32,000 bases of DNA from an uncultured bacterium (GTDB lineage: Bacteria; Auribacterota; JACPWU01), in contig CAZXEQ010000006.1 of NCBI GenBank assembly GCA_964640155.1, forward strand, positions 129,013-161,012. Reading direction: 5' to 3'. The position numbers and the translations under genes are program-made. Shown here in pieces: positions 1 through 7,500 of this stretch. Below the pieces are notes generated by a model. That model had not been told where the DNA came from and searched no databases. It worked only from the letters and a program-made list of their open reading frames with translations. Every line of letters starts with the position of its first letter. Position 1 is the first letter of the stretch.

Positions 1-634
1 ATGTTTTTTGATAAATACTTATTTGATTATCAACGATGTTTTCATAAGCCGTATGGCCATGAAGCCAAAGCGTAGGAGTCAAATCATCCATTAAATGCCT
101 AAAACATTGAAAACCTCGATGACATAAATCCGCATCATCATGAATTCCAAAAGGTGGGGCATGAGATACAATCATCAATTTATGTTTTTTTCCTTTAAAC
201 CAATCCACAAAACGCTGAATACCAAACTTAAGTTCTGAATTTCGGACAATCTTGGCCATGTCATTTTCACTGTATTGAGGCCCTTTTCCATTATACCAAA
301 GGCATCCTTCAAACCCCATTAACACCCAATCTTTAAAAACAAACAATTGTCCATGAATATCCTGAAGGCTGTGTAAGTCCTGATGATACATGGGAATTTC
401 AAGAAAGGTATGGGGTTCTTCCTCTGCTTCCTGTTTCCACCCTCTCCTGGGATCATGATTGCCACGCACACACACCACTTCTTTATCTAACCGATGTGAC
501 AAAAATTCAAGGTAGGATGCGGGTAAATCTCCGCATGAAACAATGAGATCAACTTCCCTTAAATCTTCAGGAGAAGTTTCAATCCAATGAATCAGCCGAG
601 TGCTCTCTTTATCAGAAACCGCTAAAATTTTCAT
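1..634 (-). CDS. Calcineurin-like metallophosphoesterase, 3' end truncated by the window edge
   Basis: Not in the ORF track because there is no stop in the window. Minus-strand ATG at 634-632. My hand translation MKILAVSDKESTRLIHW..VSCGDLPAS..VRGNHDP..MIVSHAPPFGIHDD..WLHGHT stays open to base 1. It contains the GD, GNHD, H and GH motifs of the metallophosphoesterase fold. The start overlaps the upstream stop as ATGA (631-634). Confidence 0.8.
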   Translation of the reverse strand, partial: MKILAVSDKESTRLIHWIETSPEDLREVDLIVSCGDLPASYLEFLSHRLDKEVVCVRGNHDPRRGWKQEAEEEPHTFLEIPMYHQDLHSLQDIHGQLFVFKDWVLMGFEGCLWYNGKGPQYSENDMAKIVRNSELKFGIQRFVDWFKGKKHKLMIVSHAPPFGIHDDADLCHRGFQCFRHLMDDLTPTLWLHGHTAYENIVDNQISIYQKT

Positions 635-1494
635 TTGGGTTTAATAAGCCCTTTTAAAACCCCGACAAAATCTTTAACACGGCCGGGCAAACTTTCAAAA
701 AAATTTACATGACTAAATTTTTCTACAAAATCCCTTCGAGTAAAGTCAAAGCCCACATCATACCCTGCCTTTTGACTCAAATAATATTTATGAAGCATCA
801 TCCACACATAAAGATCCGTATAGGTTCGATGAGGGAAATCATCCAAAAGCTTATCTTCAATGAAGGTATTGATAGCAGGAAGAAAACGAGTTTCATACCA
901 AAGGAAGCTTGCATAAATAATATCTTTATTTGCAATACTCCCCACTTCATAATTCTTTTTAAAATCTAAAATTTCTTCGTAAAGCTTGCTAAAACTGGTT
1001 AATTCAGAAACTTTGAGGGGATGAATAAGAATTTTGTTTTTTAAATAGGTTTTCTTTTGAAAAGAATCTTCTTCAATCGCAATCAAAAACTGTTTCGCTT
1101 CCTCTGTCGAAAACTTGTATTTCTTTTTGGGATCTAATTTTAAATCAAAACGAATTTCTCTAATCTCCGCATCAATAAACTCTTTTTTTTCTTCAAATTT
1201 GGCGACACTCACACGGTGATGACCATCAATGACAAAATATTTATCATCGACTTGATAGACTTGAATGGGAGGAAGCTCCATTCCTTGCTGGATGGCCTGT
1301 AAAACACTTAAATATTTTTCATCTGTTTTTTTACTTCGAGGTAAAAAATTATTATTAAAATCTCTATATCTTCCCAAACTTCCAACTATTTTTTTGATAG
1401 GAATAGCACGAATTCCCTTATGAACTTCTGAAACACGTTCTAAGTTTTCCTGAACTGTTGAAAAATCGATCAATTGACCTTCTCTACCGATCAC
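631..1494 (-). CDS. ParB/Srx (sulfiredoxin)-fold N-terminal domain protein with an uncharacterised C-terminal domain of about 150 aa
   Basis: 287-aa ORF. ParB-like motifs GSLGRYRDF and YFVIDGHHRVSVAKF in the first ~110 aa. GTG start at 1494 is preceded by GGAGGTGA with a 6-nt spacer. It overlaps the HK stop by 11 nt. I recognise no motif in the C-terminal half. Confidence 0.75.
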   Translation of the reverse strand: MIGREGQLIDFSTVQENLERVSEVHKGIRAIPIKKIVGSLGRYRDFNNNFLPRSKKTDEKYLSVLQAIQQGMELPPIQVYQVDDKYFVIDGHHRVSVAKFEEKKEFIDAEIREIRFDLKLDPKKKYKFSTEEAKQFLIAIEEDSFQKKTYLKNKILIHPLKVSELTSFSKLYEEILDFKKNYEVGSIANKDIIYASFLWYETRFLPAINTFIEDKLLDDFPHRTYTDLYVWMMLHKYYLSQKAGYDVGFDFTRRDFVEKFSHVNFFESLPGRVKDFVGVLKGLIKPK

Positions 1495-3406
1495 GATTCA
1501 CCTCCAACCTCAATGCTTCAATCTTTTGTAATAAGTCTTCCACGTTCAATCTAGGACTTTCTAAATTTTTATGCCTAAAACGAAGCACCTTTTCTAAATC
1601 TTTAAATGAACTTTTTGTAATACCCTCTCTTATTCTTTCAACTAACTTTAAAGGATCTAAGGATTCCCCTCCATATTGAAGTATCATATATTGAAAAGCA
1701 TTTAAAAGAAAAATTTGTTCTTTCTTCTCATCTAAAAAGCCTTGAATGTGATAAACCAATTTTTCCATATTTTGAATATATTCCAACCAACTCCTCCCTT
1801 TCAATCTTCCATCCATAAAATCGATAAGCATCAAAGAACTTTTCCCTTTTGCTTGCAAAACTTTCTGTGTCCATTCATCCATTTGTTCTAAACGCTGATT
1901 GACTTCTTCATAGGTTGGCAAAGCAACATTGAAAGTGGTTCCTTTGTCCACTTCACTTTCTACCCATAATCCACCTTGATGCGCTAACACCAACTGTTTA
2001 ACAATCGCAAGTCCCAATCCTGTTCCTTTAGGCCTAGATTCATGAACATCCAATTGTAAAAATTTTTCAAAAACCCGATTAACATCTTTCCTGGGAATAC
2101 CCACACCCGTATCTCTCACCCAAAAAGTGACAAAATTTTTCCAAAGAGAAGTTTGTGCCATTTCATGCAGAGTAAAAATTTCTGCATCCGCTCTCCAAGT
2201 CTGAAACGCCTTTAAAACTGTATCTCGAGTGCTACATTCAATGCCTAATTCAATCACTCCTGGCGCAGAAATAAATTTAATGGCATTACCTACTAAATTG
2301 TCTAAAACCTGACGTAATCGGCCTGGATCAGCCCAGACAAAGATTAAATCTTTAGGGAGAGAAAATTTTAAGTCAATTTTTTTATCGGCCAAAGTCCGTC
2401 CAAAGGTTTCCTCAACACTGCGAACCAGTGCACATGCGTCAACCTTTGTCTTTTTCATTTTCATTGTCCCTGATTCAAGTTTTGAAAAATCAAGAACATC
2501 TTGAATCAAGCGTGAAAGACGATCGACATTGTTTTGCATAATCCCAAGAAATTTTTTCCGATCTAGACTTGGCAAATCACTCTTTTCTTCATTTAAAAGA
2601 GCAACTGTTTCTTTGATAACCGTAAGGGGCGTTCTCAACTCATGACTCACCATTGAAATAAAATCACTTTTAATTTCATCCATTTTCTTTAATTCTCGAT
2701 TTGCTTTTTCTAATTCTTCCATCACGCGCAAAAGCTCTGTTTGTTGAGACATCAACTCTTGATTCACAGCTCCCAATTTTGCGCTAAATTCTTCTATTTT
2801 TTCATTTTTTTCTTCAAGCAAATGAAGATGTCTATCTCTTTCGGTAATGGCCTCATCTCTTGCCTTTAAAGCTTCATCTTTTGAAACCTTCTCTTGCACC
2901 AATAATTGTGTCAGCAAATAACCTAAAATGGTTAAAGCGACTAAACTAAAAACGTTCAAAATTAAAATAGGAAGCCGTCCTGCATCTCCTGACATAAAAG
3001 CCTTACCCATTTCCAACATACTGAAAATAGTTGTAAAAGCTAAAATCCACAAACAAAAATTGGCGTCTAAAACCATCAAAGAAATCATGATCGGGAGATA
3101 ATAAAAAAGCCAAAAAGGACTATGAGCATCTCCTGTAAAATGAATAAGAATGGCTGTGAAAAGAAGAAATGAAAAGGATTCGAGAACAAAACACTTTTTA
3201 ATGGCTATTTTCTTGACCAGAATATGATGTATAAAAAGGATAGAGCTTAGAAAAACACCAAAAGTAGTATAAAGAATGGCTCGAGAAGGAACTTCTAAAA
3301 GATCGGCCTGAATAAGACCGAAAAGAACTGTAACCAATGTCCAAGCTGCAATTTCAGTAATACGAAATTGTTGTTTGAGACGATCATAGGAAATGGGAGA
3401 TTCCAT
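1484..3406 (-). CDS. Membrane sensor histidine kinase (multi-TM N-terminus, coiled coil, HisKA + HATPase_c) with an extra C-terminal domain of about 130 aa
   Basis: 640-aa ORF. About 6 hydrophobic helices in residues 20-165. Long charged coiled coil. H-box SHELRTPL, N-box DNLVGNAIKF, G-boxes VRDTGVGI and GTGLGLAIV. The tail after TFNVALP has the spacing pattern LMLIDFMDG..IFLLNAFQYMIL..RIREGI, which resembles a degenerate GGDEF fold (inference). Confidence 0.9.
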   Translation of the reverse strand: MESPISYDRLKQQFRITEIAAWTLVTVLFGLIQADLLEVPSRAILYTTFGVFLSSILFIHHILVKKIAIKKCFVLESFSFLLFTAILIHFTGDAHSPFWLFYYLPIMISLMVLDANFCLWILAFTTIFSMLEMGKAFMSGDAGRLPILILNVFSLVALTILGYLLTQLLVQEKVSKDEALKARDEAITERDRHLHLLEEKNEKIEEFSAKLGAVNQELMSQQTELLRVMEELEKANRELKKMDEIKSDFISMVSHELRTPLTVIKETVALLNEEKSDLPSLDRKKFLGIMQNNVDRLSRLIQDVLDFSKLESGTMKMKKTKVDACALVRSVEETFGRTLADKKIDLKFSLPKDLIFVWADPGRLRQVLDNLVGNAIKFISAPGVIELGIECSTRDTVLKAFQTWRADAEIFTLHEMAQTSLWKNFVTFWVRDTGVGIPRKDVNRVFEKFLQLDVHESRPKGTGLGLAIVKQLVLAHQGGLWVESEVDKGTTFNVALPTYEEVNQRLEQMDEWTQKVLQAKGKSSLMLIDFMDGRLKGRSWLEYIQNMEKLVYHIQGFLDEKKEQIFLLNAFQYMILQYGGESLDPLKLVERIREGITKSSFKDLEKVLRFRHKNLESPRLNVEDLLQKIEALRLEVNRDR

Positions 3407-3592
3407 AATCCCTTTAGTATAGAGTCACTTACTTCTTAATTGTAACGCCCTAAGGGGGTTAAAGTCTATTAAAAACGACCAAAGTTTGTGATATTAAATT
3501 GAATTAAAGCAGCATTTTGAGCTATACTGTTTGTTATTATATTATTTTATCGTTTGATTAAAAATCGAGAATCTTAGATAAAGAGGTATACC

Positions 3593-4201
3593 ATGCTAAA
3601 AAAAATATTTTTATTTGTTCTTAGCTTAGGAATGTTAGTGAGTTCAGCCATTGCTGCGACTTGTCCAAGATGCCGAATTTTTAATGATGACAGAGCTTCT
3701 TATTGTTCCAATTGTGGTTTTAGTTTCCAGGAATCGAGACATTCTATAGGCTGCCCCCGTTGTGCTTTTCCAAATCCAGAAGGATCGGCCTATTGCTCAA
3801 AGTGTGGTTTCCAATTTGCCTATGCACAACCTATTCAAGAAAGACCCGAGCCTCTTTATGAAGGTCGCCGCCATCGACGAAGACATCATCATGAGGAAGA
3901 AGAACGACGCCAAAGACCTCCACGCTCTCAATGGCAATTCATCGGGAAGCTTGTTAATACAGGAGCTGATAAACTTCCTTTTCAAGGACCTGTACGTCGT
4001 ATCCATTTTAAATGCACCAACGGAGATCTTATTATTGACACCCTTTTTGTTTATGAAGGAGGCAATAAGAATAAGGTAGCTGTTGTGAGCCGTCTTCGTG
4101 CAGGACAAGAATTGGATAAAGATCTTCCCAGAGCTTATAATGCTTCAGGAATCAAATTTAGCCATCGAGGGAATGGTATTGTTGAGGTGTATGCGCAGTA
4201 A
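3593..4201 (+). CDS. Exported or membrane-anchored double zinc-ribbon protein with a charged His/Arg/Glu tract and an unknown C-terminal domain
   Basis: ATG preceded by AAAGAGG. N-terminal signal-like MLKKIFLFVLSLGMLVSSAIA. Two CPRC-x10-CSxCG motifs. RRHRRRHHHEEEERR tract. About 90-aa C-terminal domain with no motif I recognise. Confidence 0.7.
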   Translation: MLKKIFLFVLSLGMLVSSAIAATCPRCRIFNDDRASYCSNCGFSFQESRHSIGCPRCAFPNPEGSAYCSKCGFQFAYAQPIQERPEPLYEGRRHRRRHHHEEEERRQRPPRSQWQFIGKLVNTGADKLPFQGPVRRIHFKCTNGDLIIDTLFVYEGGNKNKVAVVSRLRAGQELDKDLPRAYNASGIKFSHRGNGIVEVYAQ

Positions 4202-4218
4202 AAGGTTGAACCTTATTT

Positions 4219-5190
4219 TTAAAACCATCTCTTTTTCTTCATAAAATAGACCATGAAGCCTGTCATAAGAACCATCACACCTAAAATAAGCGGATAACCC
4301 CATTTTGCACGTAGCTCGGGCATAAAATCAAAATTCATTCCATAAATGCTTGCAATAAAATTGAGTGGCATAAGAATAGTCGAAACAACAGTTAGAATTT
4401 TAATAATGTCATTGGTCTTTTGATTTAAAGCAGAAATATACGCCTCTTGGGCACCAAAAATCACATCTTTATAAGTTTCTATAAGATCAAAAACACGAAT
4501 CAATCGATCATAGACGTCTCTAAAATAAATTCGAGTGCGTGGCATGATATGATGAAAATCTTCTCGAGTTAATCGATTAATGGTATCTCGCTGAGGACCA
4601 ATGACTCGCCTTAAATAGATGAGACCTTTTCTTAAAGAAAAAATTTCTTCCAATACATGAGGAGTAGGATGCTGTAGATGCGGATTAATCGAACTTTCAA
4701 TACGATCATCCACTCGATCTAGAATAGGAAGATAATTTTCGGTGATGAGATCTATAATCTCATACATTAGGAAATCGGCACCTTTACCCATCACCGAATC
4801 AGCACCCTTCTCACACTTATCTTGCATGATCTGGATAATTTTCAAAGGCTGTTGATGATAACTGACTAGATAATTCTTCCCTAAGAAAAAATCTATCTCT
4901 GTTGTCCTTACTTTTTCTGGACCTTTTCGATAATCTGGAGCATGAAGCACAACAAAAAGATAATCCTCAAAATTATCAATTTTGGGATGATGGTTTACAT
5001 TAATACAATCTTCAATAGCTAAAGGATGAAATTTAAAAACTTCTGAAAGAATTTTGATTTCTTCAATCGTTGGCTTAAAAAAATCAATCCATAAAAGATT
5101 CCCCTCTTCAGAAATAACATTTAATAATTCTGAAATGGGAACATCGACTTTTCGTTTTCCGTCTACACCTAAAAGATATGATTTAATCAT
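4219..5190 (-). CDS. corA: CorA-family Mg2+/Co2+ transporter
   Basis: YGMNF signature followed by two C-terminal TM helices, typical length. Start trimmed from the ORF-track TTG (5223) to ATG 5190, which is preceded by AAGGAGGT. Confidence 0.9.
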   Translation of the reverse strand: MIKSYLLGVDGKRKVDVPISELLNVISEEGNLLWIDFFKPTIEEIKILSEVFKFHPLAIEDCINVNHHPKIDNFEDYLFVVLHAPDYRKGPEKVRTTEIDFFLGKNYLVSYHQQPLKIIQIMQDKCEKGADSVMGKGADFLMYEIIDLITENYLPILDRVDDRIESSINPHLQHPTPHVLEEIFSLRKGLIYLRRVIGPQRDTINRLTREDFHHIMPRTRIYFRDVYDRLIRVFDLIETYKDVIFGAQEAYISALNQKTNDIIKILTVVSTILMPLNFIASIYGMNFDFMPELRAKWGYPLILGVMVLMTGFMVYFMKKKRWF

Positions 5191-5265
5191 CCCACCACCT
5201 CCTTGAGTTCGTAAAACGAACAACCTCTTCGAGAGGTTTGCCTACGGCGAACAAGCAGGTGGTGG
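5191..5265 (-). promoter_or_regulatory. Structured corA leader whose closing stem sequesters the Shine-Dalgarno sequence
   Basis: On the mRNA strand, CCACCACCUGCUUG (5265-5252) pairs with CAAGGAGGUGGUGG (5205-5192): 14 bp with 1 mismatch, including the SD. Two internal hairpins: AACCTCT/AGAGGTT (5222-5238) and GTTCG/CGAAC (5207-5221). Confidence 0.55.
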
Positions 5266-5280
5266 AATCATGAGAAGACG

Positions 5281-5940
5281 TCATTGGATTGATGCCAAAA
5301 GTTTCAAAGCTTCTTGAGACATCTCACTAATGAGAGAGTTCTTGGATTGACTTCCTTCTTCAAGAATTTCTTTACCACTCGAACTTCCCAATCGAGCTAA
5401 AGCACAAGCGGCATTAACAGAAACCTCTTGAATAGGATCATTTAATAAAGGTTCTAAATAACTAATACTAGAAGAATCTCCAATATTTCCCAGAGCCCAA
5501 GCTGTAGTAGCACGCATGGAAGGATCTTCTTCTTTCAGCAAGGGAATAAGAGCGTTAATAGCTTGCGAATCTTCTAATAAACCTAACGAACGTACCGTAC
5601 AAAATCGCACTCCCAAATTTTTATCTTTTAATAATTCAATCAAATGAGGGACCGCTTTTTTATCGCCTATATTACCTAAGGCAACTGCAGCATGCCAACG
5701 AACTTCATTAGCTTCATCATGAAGTGCACGCAAAAGAGCTGGAAAAGCCGTTCCATCTTTTGATCTTCCTAAGGTAAAAGCAGCATACCAGCGCGTACGT
5801 ACATCCGAAGAAGTTAAATCTTGAATATATTGTGCTGTGCCTTTATGGGTCACCGAAGAACGTTGATACCAAATCACACCTCCTATTAAGGCGCAGATAA
5901 TCAACAATGGGATAATAAAAAAATCAATAATTCGTCTCAT
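5281..5940 (-). CDS. Membrane-anchored HEAT (PBS-lyase type) repeat protein
   Basis: N-terminal TM IIDFFIIPLLIICALIGGVIWY, then 5 repeats of the type D..VR..AA.ALG.IGD (e.g. EVRWHAAVALGNIGD, SMRATTAWALGNIGD). Confidence 0.8.
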   Translation of the reverse strand: MRRIIDFFIIPLLIICALIGGVIWYQRSSVTHKGTAQYIQDLTSSDVRTRWYAAFTLGRSKDGTAFPALLRALHDEANEVRWHAAVALGNIGDKKAVPHLIELLKDKNLGVRFCTVRSLGLLEDSQAINALIPLLKEEDPSMRATTAWALGNIGDSSSISYLEPLLNDPIQEVSVNAACALARLGSSSGKEILEEGSQSKNSLISEMSQEALKLLASIQ

Positions 5941-6024
5941 ATAAACCCTAAAATATTATATTCAATTGTAAGGCATAAATAAAAACTTCTTTTAAAACTA
6001 TATTCTCTAGGTTTCGATTACAAC

Positions 6025-6447
6025 CTATTCTATCACTTCATAGGCTTCTTCTACAAACTGTGTGTTCTTATCATTCAAACACCAATTTTGTGCATAGATC
6101 TCAATGCCCTTGGCAACCCCAAAAATAATATAGGAATAAACAGGCCATGCATATTGAAAATCTGTTTGAGAAGGTCGTGAGGGATGATCGGGATGAGAAT
6201 GATAAATCCCCACTATTTCTAATTTTCTCTTGGCTATATCCTTTTCTACACGACTAAATTCGATAGGATCCATGTTATAACGATCATGCGCTCGCTCTTT
6301 ATTTAAATTTTTGATGGGGTGAGCTTCCTGAGCTTTTTTAATATCACCATGAATTTGTCCCACCAATACCCCACAACACTCATGAGGATAAGCACTCTTA
6401 ACATGATCAACAATTTGATTATAAACTTTTTTTGATATTTTCAACAT
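6025..6447 (-). CDS. JAMM/MPN+ metalloprotease (Mec-like)
   Basis: E-x-CG (HECCGVLVG) and the JAMM motif HSHPDHPSRPSQTD (HxH-x7-S-xx-D). ATG 6447 is preceded by AAGGTG. The ORF-track start at 6495 would overlap cysM by 10 nt and is the alternative. Confidence 0.8.
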   Translation of the reverse strand: MLKISKKVYNQIVDHVKSAYPHECCGVLVGQIHGDIKKAQEAHPIKNLNKERAHDRYNMDPIEFSRVEKDIAKRKLEIVGIYHSHPDHPSRPSQTDFQYAWPVYSYIIFGVAKGIEIYAQNWCLNDKNTQFVEEAYEVIE

Positions 6448-6485
6448 AAGATCACACCTTTGACTGGCCTTTTTCAGAGCCGTTG

Positions 6486-7403
6486 CTATTCCCATACTCG
6501 GGTTGTCAGATACTTATCCCCCCCATCCGGGAAAACTCCGACAATGATACCTTCTTTCAGTCCTTTTGCTACCTGCAAAGCGGCCCAAAGAACCGCTCCC
6601 GAAGATTGTCCCACCAAAATACCTTCTTCTTTTGATAAGCGTCGCGTCATATCATAAGCATCTTCTGTTTCCACTGAAATTTTCTGATCCAAAAAACTTT
6701 CCTGATAAATCCCTGGAACAATCGAGGTTGCCATATGCTTCATACCTTCTAAACCATGCAAAGATCCAGCAGGTTCCGCAGCAATGACATTCACTTTAGG
6801 ATTATAAGATTTCAAACCACGTCCTGTTCCCATCACTGTTCCACTGGTCCCAATGCCTGCAATAAAATGTGTTATTTGTCCACCTGTTTGTTCCCATATT
6901 TCTTTTGCAGTTGTCTCTTCATGAGCCTTGGGATTAAATGGATTATTATATTGATCAGGCATAAAATATTTTTTAGGATCAAGTTTAAATCTACGATGTG
7001 CTTCTCTAATGGCCCCATCCGAGCCTTCCAAAGGATCTGTATAAACCACCTTTGCTCCATAAGCATTCAATATTTTTTTTCTTTCTTCGCTCACATTTTC
7101 TGGCATCACCAATTCAACTTGATACCCTTTGCAAGCCGCAATCATGGCATAAGCGATAGCCGTGTTACCACTCGAAGAGTCCAATATAATTTTATCTCGC
7201 GTCAATTTTCCTGAACGCTCACCTTCCAAAACCATGCGAAGCGCAGGACGATCCTTAACTGATCCACCCGGATTAAACCATTCCGCTTTGATATAAATTT
7301 GAACTGGCTCGTACTCCGAACCGATTCTTTCAAGCTTAACCAGAGGAGTGTTGCCGATTAAATCAAGAATTTTTGACGCGTTAATCTTTGCTAAAGTTTT
7401 CAT
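6486..7403 (-). CDS. cysM: PLP-dependent cysteine synthase family enzyme (CysM/CysK-like)
   Basis: LIGNTPLVKLERI N-terminus, PLP-lysine context NPGGSVKDR, SSGNTAIAYA and GIGTSGT loops. Start set at the first ATG (7403). The ORF-track TTG at 7427 is possible. The cysM call rests on the adjacent JAMM gene. Confidence 0.8.
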   Translation of the reverse strand: MKTLAKINASKILDLIGNTPLVKLERIGSEYEPVQIYIKAEWFNPGGSVKDRPALRMVLEGERSGKLTRDKIILDSSSGNTAIAYAMIAACKGYQVELVMPENVSEERKKILNAYGAKVVYTDPLEGSDGAIREAHRRFKLDPKKYFMPDQYNNPFNPKAHEETTAKEIWEQTGGQITHFIAGIGTSGTVMGTGRGLKSYNPKVNVIAAEPAGSLHGLEGMKHMATSIVPGIYQESFLDQKISVETEDAYDMTRRLSKEEGILVGQSSGAVLWAALQVAKGLKEGIIVGVFPDGGDKYLTTRVWE

Positions 7404-7500
7404 GAAGGCAGATTTTATAACAAACAAATACCCCTGACAAGACGGATCTGAAGATTGTGAGCTGGAATAATAAGCTCTTTTTTTGTATAAAGATCATGCC

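Noticed and set aside
4202-4214. AAGGTT-G-AACCTT palindrome followed by ATTTTT between the convergent zinc-ribbon and corA genes, as a bidirectional terminator.
   Set aside because: The stem is only 5-6 bp, A/T-rich, and has an impossibly small loop. That is too weak to call a terminator with any confidence.
5191-5223. Longer N-termini given by the ORF track: corA from 5223, JAMM from 6495, cysM from 7427, radical SAM from 7483 and PNP-fold from 9543.
   Set aside because: For corA and JAMM the extensions start at TTG or other weak codons, lack an SD, and are not expected from homologue N-termini, while internal ATGs with an SD fit better. For cysM, the radical SAM gene and the PNP-fold gene the choice of the first ATG is less certain and is flagged in the features.
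5191-5280. Possibility that the corA leader is an M-box (ykoK) Mg2+ riboswitch.
   Set aside because: The whole gap is about 90 nt, which is too short for the M-box fold of about 160 nt. I see none of its conserved junction sequences. It is kept as an unclassified SD-sequestering structure instead.
6756-7214. 152-aa plus-strand ORF in the track, and similar ORFs at 709-969, 3762-4079, 3797-4108, 6566-6787, 11128-11382, 17743-18066, 20011-20229, 24124-24450 and 26605-26934.
   Set aside because: All lie inside, antisense to, or out of frame with long ORFs that carry clear family motifs. Their translations are low-complexity or Cys/Ser/Phe-rich, as expected from AT-rich antisense frames. None has a credible SD.
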